Shown in pieces: positions 10,113-19,513 of a stretch of DNA of 64,000 nt (position 1 is its first letter; every line of letters begins with the position of its first letter). The position numbers and the translations under genes were made by a program. The notes below the pieces were generated by a model, which was not told the DNA's origin, searched no databases, and saw only the letters and a list, made by a program, of their open reading frames with translations. This DNA is from a candidate division FCPU426 bacterium (GTDB lineage Bacteria; Oederibacteriota; Muellerivitia; Muellerivitales; Muellerivitaceae): positions 1 to 64,000 of the forward strand of contig CAVTWJ010000001.1 in the NCBI GenBank assembly GCA_963738405.1. Direction: 5' to 3'.

Positions 10113-10508
10113 ATGGCATTTAATTTTTTGGTTGTGGACGATTCGTCCACGAGCCGCGGGATCGTGAAAAAAACGCTGAAGCTTACCCGGCTGCCCCTGG
10201 GTGAGATTTGGGAAGCCGCCAACGGGCGGGAGGGGCTGGAACAGATGCGCCGTAATTGGGTGGATCTGGTTCTGGCGGATTTGAACATGCCGGACATGAC
10301 CGGACAGGAAATGATCGCCGAGATGGCCAAAGACCCTCTCCTGGCCAAATTGCAGGTGGTGGTGGTGAGCTCAGAGGGAAGCCAGTCGGTTTTGGACTCG
10401 CTTTTCAAACAGGGCATCAAAGAAGTAGTGCGTAAACCCTTCGAGCCCGCCCTTTTAAGGGGCGTGATCGAAAAGGCCCTGGAAATCCCGGGCGGAGCCA
10501 ATGAATAA
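10113..10508 (+). CDS. cheY: Single-domain response regulator, CheY-like
   Basis: LVVDDS, DLNMPDMTG, VSSE, KPF. Confidence 0.85.
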   Translation: MAFNFLVVDDSSTSRGIVKKTLKLTRLPLGEIWEAANGREGLEQMRRNWVDLVLADLNMPDMTGQEMIAEMAKDPLLAKLQVVVVSSEGSQSVLDSLFKQGIKEVVRKPFEPALLRGVIEKALEIPGGANE

Positions 10509-10530
10509 CCCCCCCTACCGGAGATTAGCG

Positions 10531-11583
10531 ATGGCGACTATTCGGGTCTTGATCGTGGATGATTCAGCCTTTGTTCGGAAGGCCCTCAGCGTGTTTTTCA
10601 AGGCGGAGGGTTTGGAGGTGGTGGGGGTGGCTTCCAATCCCTACGAGGCCCGCGACCTGATCGTCAAGCTGCAGCCGGACATCCTCACCTTGGATTTGGA
10701 AATGCCCCGCATGGACGGGTTGACCTTTTTAGACCGTCTGATGACCCACCGGCCCATGCCGGTCGTGATTTTTTCCAGCTTCACGGACAAAAACAGCGCC
10801 TTGGCCCTGAAGGCCTTGGAATTGGGCGCCGTGGAGGTTTTGGAAAAGCCCACGAGCGGAAATTTTGGGCCCCTGATGATTCGGTTAGTGCGTGTTTTGA
10901 AAGAAACCGCCATGGCCAAGCCCAGGCGCAAAAGATTGGTTCTGGTGCCCCAGTCCAAGACGGACGGGTCAGGAAAACCCAGCAGGGTGATCGGGGCCAT
11001 CGGCGCCTCCACGGGCGGTACGGACGCCTTGTCGGAGGTTTTAAGGGGGCTCCCGGCCGACCATCCGGGCCTGGTGTTGGTTCAGCATATGCCGGCTTTC
11101 TTTACAGCCGATTTCGCCGCCCGATTGGACCGCGGAAGCGCCATGAAAGTAAGAGAGGCGAAAAGCGGCGATGTGATCCAGGACGGCCTGGTGCTGGTGG
11201 CCCGGGGCGACCGGCACATGGTGGTGGATCGGGATGGCGGGAAGTTTCGCGTGAATTGCCCCATAGGACCCATGGTGAACCATTGCCGGCCGAGCGTGGA
11301 TGTTCTTTTCCATTCGGTGGCTAGGTCCGCGGGGCCCAACGCCGTCGGGGTCATCCTCACGGGGATGGGACATGACGGCGCGGGCGGGCTCCTGGCGATG
11401 AGGGAAGCCGGCGCCGTGACCCTGGCCCAAGACGAGGCCACCAGCGTGGTTTATGGAATGCCCAAGGAAGCCAGGGCTCGCGGAGCCGTGGACGAGGTAG
11501 TGCCGTTGCACCTGATGGCCGACGCCCTTCAGGCAAAAATTAGGGGAGTCGTGGAACGATTAGATGGGAGGACCCAATGGTAA
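10531..11583 (+). CDS. cheB: Chemoreceptor methylesterase CheB
   Basis: N-terminal REC (IVDDS, LDLEMPRMDG) plus GASTGG, VQHMP, RPSVDVLF, LTGMGHDGA; alternative start 10501. Confidence 0.97.
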   Translation: MATIRVLIVDDSAFVRKALSVFFKAEGLEVVGVASNPYEARDLIVKLQPDILTLDLEMPRMDGLTFLDRLMTHRPMPVVIFSSFTDKNSALALKALELGAVEVLEKPTSGNFGPLMIRLVRVLKETAMAKPRRKRLVLVPQSKTDGSGKPSRVIGAIGASTGGTDALSEVLRGLPADHPGLVLVQHMPAFFTADFAARLDRGSAMKVREAKSGDVIQDGLVLVARGDRHMVVDRDGGKFRVNCPIGPMVNHCRPSVDVLFHSVARSAGPNAVGVILTGMGHDGAGGLLAMREAGAVTLAQDEATSVVYGMPKEARARGAVDEVVPLHLMADALQAKIRGVVERLDGRTQW

Positions 11584-12377
11584 AGATAGACAAAAAAACA
11601 ATCCTGGTGGCGGACGCGAACAGCACCGCCCGGAAGCTCCTGGCGGTCAGGCTTCAAAGCATGGAATACGAAACCGCCGAGGCTGGAAACGCCGAGGAAA
11701 TGGAGAAACTGCTCGCCAGCCAAACATTCGATCTGGCCATCTCGGACCTGAAACTGCCGGGCGAGGGCGGCGAGGATGTCATGAAAAAACTCCAGGCTAA
11801 AAGAACCCCGATATTCGTTTTCACGGACCGGGTTCAACAGGAAGGTCAGGAAATGATGAGTGAGCCTTCCGTGAAGGCGGTGTTTCACAAGTCTCAGCGG
11901 TCCGAGATGCTGTTGCGTATCGACGATCATTTCAGGACCGTTCCCGAGAAGCGTGCCGAGGGGGAGGCTAAGGACCTGCAAATGCTTCTCATTGAGGATT
12001 CGCCGACCATCCGCGGTTTTCTGAAACGCATCATGCTGAAGCATTTTCCCGGCTCGGTGATCCGGGAGGCGGAGGATGGGCGCCAAGCCATGTCGGAAAT
12101 GTCGAACAAGAGGGTTGATTTCATTGTCACGGATCTCCAGATGCCCGGAATGGACGGCCAGACCTTCCTCAAGATCTTGCACGGCAACCCGGTTTTGAAA
12201 AACAAACCCGTGTTGGTGCTTTCCGGCTCCTTTACCGCGCAGTTGAAAGAGGAGTTGAAAGCCTATCCCACCGTCCGGACTTTGGCGAAACCTTCCTCGG
12301 AAGAGGAAATCGCCCGAACGATCAGAGATTTAATGATGACGACTGAAGCAATGCCCCGCCTAGTGGGCGGAGAATAA
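11577..12377 (+). CDS. Tandem REC-REC response regulator with no output domain
   Basis: REC1 (ILVADAN, ISDLKLPG), REC2 (LLIEDS, VTDLQMPGMDG, LAKP). Confidence 0.88.
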   Translation: MVKIDKKTILVADANSTARKLLAVRLQSMEYETAEAGNAEEMEKLLASQTFDLAISDLKLPGEGGEDVMKKLQAKRTPIFVFTDRVQQEGQEMMSEPSVKAVFHKSQRSEMLLRIDDHFRTVPEKRAEGEAKDLQMLLIEDSPTIRGFLKRIMLKHFPGSVIREAEDGRQAMSEMSNKRVDFIVTDLQMPGMDGQTFLKILHGNPVLKNKPVLVLSGSFTAQLKEELKAYPTVRTLAKPSSEEEIARTIRDLMMTTEAMPRLVGGE

Positions 12378-12385
12378 GAGAGGAA

Positions 12386-12712
12386 ATGATGGACAGCACG
12401 AAAAGCTTTTACTTGGATTTGGAGGAAGAACTTCACACATTGACATCCCATTTTCTCCTGTGCGAGGGCGCGTTGGATGCGGAGGTGGTGGATTGGGCCC
12501 GGTTTTATGTTCGATGGGCCGAGAAGTCGGCTAAAAAATGCGGACCCTGGAGCAAGGTTTGTTTGGAACACGCCCGCAATATTTTGCAGGCCTTGGAAAA
12601 CTCCCAAAAAGGGAAAGAGGGTTACGCGGCCCTGGGCACGGCGATGCAGACGGCCTCCCAAAAACTGGCCACGGAAATCAAAGGAAGTTTGTTGGTGGAG
12701 GTTTGGAAATAA
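12386..12712 (+). CDS. Hypothetical helical protein at the end of the che operon
   Basis: 108-aa ORF with GAGG SD directly after the REC-REC gene. Confidence 0.65.
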   Translation: MMDSTKSFYLDLEEELHTLTSHFLLCEGALDAEVVDWARFYVRWAEKSAKKCGPWSKVCLEHARNILQALENSQKGKEGYAALGTAMQTASQKLATEIKGSLLVEVWK

Positions 12713-12911
12713 ACCCATGGATGTTCGACATGGATGCCACACAAGAGCTAAAAAGACTTTTTAGGACAAAAAAACAACAGTTTCGCATTTGGAATTTGTT
12801 TTAGCGGCTAGGTTTAAGCAAAAAAAAGGGTTAAAAGACCCTCGAACTGCAGAGAAAAACGTTAAAATAGAATCTGATATATTTATTAGCGGATGCGAAA
12901 TGGGGAATTAG

Positions 12912-14204
12912 GTGAATCCACAAATGTCATTTACCGCCGACTATAGTGATATCGATTTAAAAGTTCTCCTCGATAAAGAATTGATCGAAGTCCACTTCCA
13001 GCCGATTTTTTCCATCCGTGAGAAAATGGTCGTGGGTTTTGAAGGGCTTTCCCGGGGCATCCATCCCGTTTCCGGAAAACTGATTCCTCCGCTTCCCTTA
13101 ATGAAGATGGCGCGGGAAGCCGATTTGACGCTCGAGCTGGACCGCCTCATGCGGAAAAAAATACTGCAAAGCTTCAGCCAGTTCTGTCCCCAACCCCATG
13201 AATTGATTCTGACCCTTAATTTTGAGACCTCCATCATCGACAAGGAAATCGGGTCCCTTCAATTGATCCAATTAGCCCGCCAGCTCAACTTGAACCCCGC
13301 CAACATCGTCATCGAAATACTTGAGTCCAGGATCAAAAACGTGGAAGCCTTGGCCAAATTCGTCAAGATCCACCGCGAGAACGGGTTCCTGGTGGCTTTG
13401 GATGATGTGGGAAAGGGCCACTCCAATTTTGACCGCATTCCGGTGATCCAGCCCGACCTCATCAAGATCGACCGTTCTCTGGTGACGAATCTTCAGGATG
13501 ATTACTACCGCCAGGAAATCTTCAAATCCATTGTCCGCTTGTCCCAAAAAATCGGGGCGGTTGTTTTGGCGGAGGGCGTGGAAACGGAAGAGGAAGCGCT
13601 GGAATCCCTCGATCTAGGCGCCGATTTGCTCCAGGGGTTCTTTTTTTCACCCCCTCAGGAGCCGAGTCTGGATTACGTGAATCTGGTCACCCATGTCATT
13701 GATCCCTTGGCGAACAAGTTTAAGAAGCGCATGGTGGAAAAGTTGAATATCCGCAAAATCCAGCATGAGCGGTACGGCCTGATGATTGAGACTTTGGTGA
13801 GTGATTTGAGCCAACAGGAAGATAAGCAGTTACAGGATAAATTAACCCATGCCCTGGCGAATCATTCCATCGCGGAGGCGCTTTATGTGCTTGATGACCA
13901 GGGGCTCCAAATTACGCCCTTGATCTGCAAAATGGGCCCCAAGGTCCGAAAGGGCATTTTTCGCATGCCGCCCCTGGGAACGGACTATTCCACGAGGGAT
14001 TTTTATTATGTCCTGATGGATAGCGGGTTCAGCCGGGAGTCCTTCACGAGTGAGCCCTACATTTCCCCGGCTACCGGGGTTTTTTGCATGACAATTTCGA
14101 CAAGGTACAAGGATAGGAGGGGAAAAACTAAAATCCTCTGCGCGGACGTGATCCCGAGCTACTTGAAAAACATGGGCAAGTTGATGGCCCTCTTTATGGA
14201 TTGA
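12912..14204 (+). CDS. EAL-domain c-di-GMP phosphodiesterase with C-terminal Cache-like domain (YkuI-like)
   Basis: FQPI, EGL, IEILES, ALDDVGKGHSNF, KIDRS, AEGVET, QGFFF; C-terminal DYSTRDFY..SEPYISPATG. Confidence 0.9.
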   Translation: MNPQMSFTADYSDIDLKVLLDKELIEVHFQPIFSIREKMVVGFEGLSRGIHPVSGKLIPPLPLMKMAREADLTLELDRLMRKKILQSFSQFCPQPHELILTLNFETSIIDKEIGSLQLIQLARQLNLNPANIVIEILESRIKNVEALAKFVKIHRENGFLVALDDVGKGHSNFDRIPVIQPDLIKIDRSLVTNLQDDYYRQEIFKSIVRLSQKIGAVVLAEGVETEEEALESLDLGADLLQGFFFSPPQEPSLDYVNLVTHVIDPLANKFKKRMVEKLNIRKIQHERYGLMIETLVSDLSQQEDKQLQDKLTHALANHSIAEALYVLDDQGLQITPLICKMGPKVRKGIFRMPPLGTDYSTRDFYYVLMDSGFSRESFTSEPYISPATGVFCMTISTRYKDRRGKTKILCADVIPSYLKNMGKLMALFMD

Positions 14205-14234
14205 ATCATTGGGAGAAACAAACCCACATTTATC

Positions 14235-14265
14235 CCGAACGAAATGAGGGCGTTCGGTTTTTTTT
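14235..14265 (+). terminator. Intrinsic terminator after the EAL gene
   Basis: CCGAACG-9 nt-CGTTCGG followed by T8. Confidence 0.7.
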
Positions 14266-14331
14266 AAGGGCTCGTACTGGTTTGGAAAAATGTGGAATGA
14301 GTTCAAAGGGGAATACAACCCCGATCATCCT

Positions 14332-14715
14332 TCAAACTAATTGAAAAAGTTTTTTCACCCTAGGAATGGTTGCGCATAATAAACAGGGCCCCCTGGAACA
14401 TAGGGGGCTGGGTCCGCTTTCGATAAATAAAATTTGGCGGTTCCAATCCGAGATCCGGTAAACATGACCTCCGCAGGGAATCAAAAGGTATTCAGGAACA
14501 TCAAACTTGAGGAAATACTCGGATTTTGAGGTCCAATAGACGTTTTTGAGGGTCGTTGCCAAATTGATGGCGTTACACTGGTAAGGTGCAATATCGGTTA
14601 AGTAAAATCCGCGTTCGGGCTTGTCGGCGGGCGCCCAATAATCGGAAGAAATGGGCCTTTTACCTTCGGAAATGACCTCGAAAACTCCGTGGGCCGCATA
14701 TTGGAACAGGATCAA
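14332..14715 (-). CDS. Putative HYD1-type ADP-ribosyltransferase-like protein
   Basis: LFQY, GFYLTDIAP, YFLKFDV, HVY pattern resembles Tox-ART-HYD1; AAGGAG SD upstream on minus strand. Confidence 0.5.
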   Translation of the reverse strand: MILFQYAAHGVFEVISEGKRPISSDYWAPADKPERGFYLTDIAPYQCNAINLATTLKNVYWTSKSEYFLKFDVPEYLLIPCGGHVYRISDWNRQILFIESGPSPLCSRGPCLLCATIPRVKKLFQLV

Positions 14716-15005
14716 GGAATCGCTCCTTCTGCTCCCCGGAACAGTAATTTACCCCCGAATAACCAATTTTTTTATGATTTGAATCAACGGTTTCATTTCG
14801 ACAAGGATCGAATCAGACATCCTTAAGATTGTTTTTGGAGCGGTCGGTCGTTAATACTTTCTTTCCTAAATCGTTATAAAGAAGACTCCTTGCCATTAAG
14901 TTCTGTAAAATAACGGCTTTTCCGTTGTGCTGATTACGAAGGCTCCTTAGGTCGCCCTTTTAGATTTGGTTTCAACTGTTGTTAAATATTATTTGGAATG
15001 GTGCC

Positions 15006-16874
15006 GTGCCCCGTCGAAAACCACATCTTAAATTCAATGTTTCCCCAGAAAAAAAGATTAACCTTCTTTTAACGATCGTGACAATCGCCTTTGGCCTTAT
15101 TTTCTCGAAACTTTTTTATTTGCAGATTCTCAATTATCCGACCTATAGGGCTCTTTCGGATTCCAACAGTCTTCGACTTATCCCCGCCAAAGCGCCGAGG
15201 GGCATCATTACGGACCGCAACGGCGAAATCCTGGCGACGAACATCCCCACCTATTCGCTTTTCCTGGTGCCGGCGGACTTGAAAAGCTACGAGAATACCC
15301 TGGTGCTTTTAAGCCAAATATTGGGCGAGCCCCTTCAAGACCTTGAAATTTTGGTCCAGAGCCGAAGAAGAACCCGCAAGTTCGAGCCCATCCGCCTGGA
15401 GTCCCACTTGGATGACGCCTTGATCGCGAAGATTTCGGAAAATTTAGTCCATCTTCCCGGGGTTTATATCCAAATGGAACCTGAGAGGTATTACCCCCAC
15501 GGCGATCTGGCTTCCCATCTTTTGGGGTATATCGGTGAAATCAGCGAGGGCGATTTGGCGCGCATGAAAGAGGCCGGTTACCAGGTGGGGGACTGGATCG
15601 GCAAGAAGGGGGTCGAGCGGACCTACGACAAGATCCTAAGGGGGCAAAATGGAGGGGTGGAAGTGGAGGTGGACGCCTCCGGAATTCAGCGCCGCACCCT
15701 GGCCTATTTGAAGCCGATCCAGGGCCAGACGGTGATGCTGTCCATCGACTGGAAAATACAAAAGCTCGCGGAAGAATTGATGGGCGAACAGGTGGGATCG
15801 GTTATCGTGAACAACCCGAAAACGGGGGAAATCCTCGCCATGGTCAGCAAACCCAATTTTGATCCCAATGACTTTGTCAGCGGCATTTCTTTTAAAGATT
15901 GGAACCATCTGATCCAGGACAAGGACCGCCCTTTGGAAAACCGCGCCATTCAGGGCCAGTACCCGCCCGGATCCATTTTTAAGCTCATCACGGCCCTCGC
16001 GGCTTTGGAGGATGGAGTGATGGATCAAGAAAAGGTATTTCTCTGCCGGGGGATCTTTTGGTACAAAACCTGGCCCTATCGGTGTTGGCGCACATCGGGC
16101 CATGGTTGGATGAACCTTAAAAACGCCATTATCGAATCCTGCGACATCTTTTTTTACCAGTTGGGGCTGTTGGTGAAGGTCGATAAAATTTACAAGGTAG
16201 CCAAGTCATTGGGTTTGGGGAGTAAAACGGGTTTGGATCTGGATTCGGAGGTGCAGGGGCTGGTGCCGAACCCCCAATGGAAGGAAAGCACCCAGCACAT
16301 GCCCTGGTTTCCAGGCAATACCATTCAAATGAGTATCGGCCAGGGTTACCTGCTCACAACCCCCCTGCAGATGCTGGATGTAACATCCGGTATCGCCATG
16401 AACGGTAAAATCTTCAAACCCCATCTTCTATATAGGGTCGTGGATCAGAAGTCGGGAAGATCTATCTATGAAAAACAGCCTGAGGTTCTACAGGAAGCGG
16501 ATTTGACCCCCAAATACCTGGATTTCATCAAGAGTACGATGGAACAGGTGGTGAGCTCGGATAATGGAACAGGTAAAAAGGCCCGTCTCAAGGGGGTTAA
16601 TGTGGCGGGAAAAACCGGAACCTCTGAAAACCCGCATGGCGACAACCACGCTTGGTTTACCTCCTACGCTCCCGCAGAAGATCCCGTGGTGGCGGACATT
16701 GTGCTGGTGGAGAACGGCGGGGAAGGAGGGGTCGTGGCGGCCCCTATCGCCAAGCGTTTAATGGAGCAGGCGTTGGGTCAGGAGGTGACTCCCTGGGAAA
16801 ACCCCACGCCGGGTCCAGGCGTCCCGGTCGCGCCGATGGCCACCCCGACGGTCATCATGGGGGTCGCGCCTTGA
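15006..16874 (+). CDS. mrdA: Penicillin-binding protein 2
   Basis: N-terminal TM, APRGIITDRNG, catalytic GSIFK, SCD, KTGT; next to rodA; alternative start 14979. Confidence 0.95.
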   Translation: MPRRKPHLKFNVSPEKKINLLLTIVTIAFGLIFSKLFYLQILNYPTYRALSDSNSLRLIPAKAPRGIITDRNGEILATNIPTYSLFLVPADLKSYENTLVLLSQILGEPLQDLEILVQSRRRTRKFEPIRLESHLDDALIAKISENLVHLPGVYIQMEPERYYPHGDLASHLLGYIGEISEGDLARMKEAGYQVGDWIGKKGVERTYDKILRGQNGGVEVEVDASGIQRRTLAYLKPIQGQTVMLSIDWKIQKLAEELMGEQVGSVIVNNPKTGEILAMVSKPNFDPNDFVSGISFKDWNHLIQDKDRPLENRAIQGQYPPGSIFKLITALAALEDGVMDQEKVFLCRGIFWYKTWPYRCWRTSGHGWMNLKNAIIESCDIFFYQLGLLVKVDKIYKVAKSLGLGSKTGLDLDSEVQGLVPNPQWKESTQHMPWFPGNTIQMSIGQGYLLTTPLQMLDVTSGIAMNGKIFKPHLLYRVVDQKSGRSIYEKQPEVLQEADLTPKYLDFIKSTMEQVVSSDNGTGKKARLKGVNVAGKTGTSENPHGDNHAWFTSYAPAEDPVVADIVLVENGGEGGVVAAPIAKRLMEQALGQEVTPWENPTPGPGVPVAPMATPTVIMGVAP

Positions 16875-17977
16875 AAAGTTATTTAAGATCAATGGATTGG
16901 GCCTTGATCGGCATGGTCTTCGCCCTGTCGGTCATTGGCTCCGTCGTGGTTTACTCAGCCACCATCCATAACGCCGATATTTCCACGCTTTGGCGTAAGC
17001 AGATTTTTTGGTTTGGAATCTCCCTCTTCGTGATGTGGCTTTTCTCGCGCATTGACTACCGTTTCTGGATGGAGGCTTCCTACATTTTTTATACGATCTC
17101 GATTGTTTCGCTTATTTTGGTTTTGTTCGTCGGCGATGAAACGAATGGGGCCAGGCGTTGGATTAAGCTTGGATTTTTTTCTTACCAGCCCTCCGAACTT
17201 GCCAAGCTTTCGATCCTTTTGGTTCTGGCCCGCTATATTGGAAGCCGGATGGTGGAAATCCATTTCTTGACCCGTTTTTTCCTCCTGTTGACGATCCTTG
17301 GGGTTCCGCTTCTGCTGATCCTGAAACAGCCTGATTTGGGATCGGCCCTGCTCTTGGTTCCGGCCTCCCTGGTAATGATGTATGTGGGCGGGGTCCAGGT
17401 TCGCCGGCTTCTATGGATGTTCATTTTGGGGGGCGCGGCCTGTCCCTTGATCTTTCATTTTCTCAAGGACTACCAAAAGGAAAGGCTGGAAGTTTTTATT
17501 AACCCCTCGGACGATCCCTTGGGAGCCGGCTATAACATCATTCAATCGGTTATAGCCATCGGTTCGGGAGGGGTGGCGGGAAAGGGTTTCCTGCAGGGCA
17601 CCCAGACCCAGCTTTCCTTTATTCCCGAGCATCACACGGACTTTATCTTTTCGGTCGTGGGGGAAGAGTGGGGTTTTGTGGGCTGCTTCGTGGTGCTGGT
17701 TCTTTACTATTTCATGATCCAAAAGATCGTGGAAATCGCCAGGAAGGCCCGGGACCGGGAAGGCTCTCTCCTGGCCCTGGGGATTGCCAGCATGTTTGCC
17801 GTTCAAGTGATCGTGAACGTGGGCATGACTTTGGGGTTGGTTCCCGTAGCTGGATTGACTCTTCCTTTCGTTAGTTATGGCGGGTCTTCGCTGGTTTTTA
17901 GCTTCGCGGCCATCGGTGTTATTTTGAATATTTCTTACGCCAATCGGCGGCCCGTCCTGATCGGCCGCAACGCCTAA
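16871..17977 (+). CDS. rodA: Rod shape-determining protein RodA (SEDS)
   Basis: GARRWI, QPSELAK, QPDLGSA, IPEHHTDFIF, LPFVSYGGSS; TTG start overlapping the mrdA stop. Confidence 0.96.
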   Translation: MKSYLRSMDWALIGMVFALSVIGSVVVYSATIHNADISTLWRKQIFWFGISLFVMWLFSRIDYRFWMEASYIFYTISIVSLILVLFVGDETNGARRWIKLGFFSYQPSELAKLSILLVLARYIGSRMVEIHFLTRFFLLLTILGVPLLLILKQPDLGSALLLVPASLVMMYVGGVQVRRLLWMFILGGAACPLIFHFLKDYQKERLEVFINPSDDPLGAGYNIIQSVIAIGSGGVAGKGFLQGTQTQLSFIPEHHTDFIFSVVGEEWGFVGCFVVLVLYYFMIQKIVEIARKARDREGSLLALGIASMFAVQVIVNVGMTLGLVPVAGLTLPFVSYGGSSLVFSFAAIGVILNISYANRRPVLIGRNA

Positions 17978-18038
17978 GAATCTGTGTTTGACGGGGGGAA
18001 GCCCTGATTTGTTATACTTCCCATCGAACGGAGAAAAA

Positions 18039-18476
18039 ATGTCAGAATCCCCCAAAAAACTTACCGCGAAAAAGGGATGGATCATCTTCGCCATCTGCTG
18101 GGTGGTTAGCTTTGTAGGTATTTACTCCCTCCGCCAAATGTTGATTCCCCGGGAAGAATTGGACTGTTATCAGCGGGTCTACACGATTCAAAAAGCCGTC
18201 ATCCAGTGGAACCAAGCCCATCCGGACAAGCCCGTCACCGAACTGATTGATGAAAATGCGCTGGTTCAGGCTGGCTTTCTCAAGCCCCTTACCTATGATC
18301 ACGACCGCCATTTTTACTTTGTGGGCCAGACGGCCCATGGACTTAAGGTGAAGTGCAATAAAGATGAGGATAACCCTCTGATCCTAAAACTCACCGGGGA
18401 CACGCTGATTGCTGTTCTGCTTTTCTTGGTTTTTTGCTCGTTTAGAGGATATGTTTTATTTACGGACGATGAATAA
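18039..18476 (+). CDS. Hypothetical two-TM protein with pilin-like soluble domain
   Basis: N- and C-terminal hydrophobic helices; CYQRVYTIQKAV...LVQAGFLKP...VKC; GGAG SD. Confidence 0.7.
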   Translation: MSESPKKLTAKKGWIIFAICWVVSFVGIYSLRQMLIPREELDCYQRVYTIQKAVIQWNQAHPDKPVTELIDENALVQAGFLKPLTYDHDRHFYFVGQTAHGLKVKCNKDEDNPLILKLTGDTLIAVLLFLVFCSFRGYVLFTDDE

Positions 18477-18523
18477 GTTCCCATTGGTGGTTAACTCAAT
18501 CCCAAAAAATGAAAGGTCTGCCC

Positions 18524-19444
18524 ATGTCTGAAGTTCTTATTGTTGGTTCTGTTGCTTATGACGGTCTCAAAACCCCATACGCCTCAACCCCCCGAACACT
18601 TGGCGGGTCTTGTACCTATTCGAGTATCGCTTCTTCCTTATATACCAAGACTCATATTGTGGGGGTGGTGGGGGATGATTTTCGCGCGCAAGACATCAAA
18701 CTTCTCAAGTCCAAGAAGATCGGTTTGGATGGGCTGGCTCGAGCCAAGGGAAAAACGTTCTTCTGGAAGGGCTACTATAAGAAGGAAGATATGAACGTGG
18801 CCATTACACTCAAGACCGATCTCAACGTATTCGCGCAATTTGACCCGAAGATCCCCGCGAAAGATCGTTCCATACCTTTTCTTTTCCTGGCCAACATCCA
18901 TCCCGCCCTTCAGATGAACGTGATTGGGCAAATGAAAAAGCCTAAATTTACGCTCTTAGACACCATGAACCTTTGGATCAACATCGCCCGGAAGGATCTG
19001 CTGGATGTCATGAAGGAAGTGGACCTGATGGTCTTGAACGACCAGGAAGTGAAGCTTTTAACCGGTATGAACCACTTGAAAGAAGCCGCCAAGGCGGTTT
19101 TGAAGTTGGGCCCCAAGCGGGTCATTGTGAAAAAGGGAGAACATGGGGCCATGCTGGTGGGCCCCGAGGGAACCTTTTTGGCTCCCGCCATGCCTTTGGA
19201 TCGGGTGGTTGATCCCACAGGTGCGGGTGATACCTTTGCGGGAGGCTTCATCGGATACCTAGCCCGGAAGGGAACGGTCAATTTGGAGAATCTCAAACAA
19301 GCCATCGTGGTGGGAAGTCTGACCGCTTCCTTTACCGTTCAGGAACTGGGTGTTAAGGGCGTGGCGGGTCTGACCCTCTCCAAGGTGCGCCAAAGGGCCA
19401 AAGAATTCTATCGATTTGCCAGCCTTCCTCTCATAAAATTGTGA
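18524..19444 (+). CDS. PfkB family carbohydrate/nucleoside kinase
   Basis: VGSVAYD, GGS, VKKGEHGA, DPTGAGDTFAGG. Confidence 0.93.
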   Translation: MSEVLIVGSVAYDGLKTPYASTPRTLGGSCTYSSIASSLYTKTHIVGVVGDDFRAQDIKLLKSKKIGLDGLARAKGKTFFWKGYYKKEDMNVAITLKTDLNVFAQFDPKIPAKDRSIPFLFLANIHPALQMNVIGQMKKPKFTLLDTMNLWINIARKDLLDVMKEVDLMVLNDQEVKLLTGMNHLKEAAKAVLKLGPKRVIVKKGEHGAMLVGPEGTFLAPAMPLDRVVDPTGAGDTFAGGFIGYLARKGTVNLENLKQAIVVGSLTASFTVQELGVKGVAGLTLSKVRQRAKEFYRFASLPLIKL

Positions 19445-19513
19445 CCCAACAACGCAAATTCAAAGCCTAAGCGCGCGGGGCAAGCCCTTCGCGCTTATCT
19501 TTTATAGGGACCC

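Noticed and set aside
12803..12820. Sigma54 promoter before the EAL gene
   Set aside because: GG-N10-GC spacing is present but the flanks (CGGCTA, TAAGC) fit the consensus poorly
16652..16870. N-terminal extension of RodA
   Set aside because: Overlaps the mrdA coding region; the TTG at 16871 coupled to the mrdA stop is the plausible start
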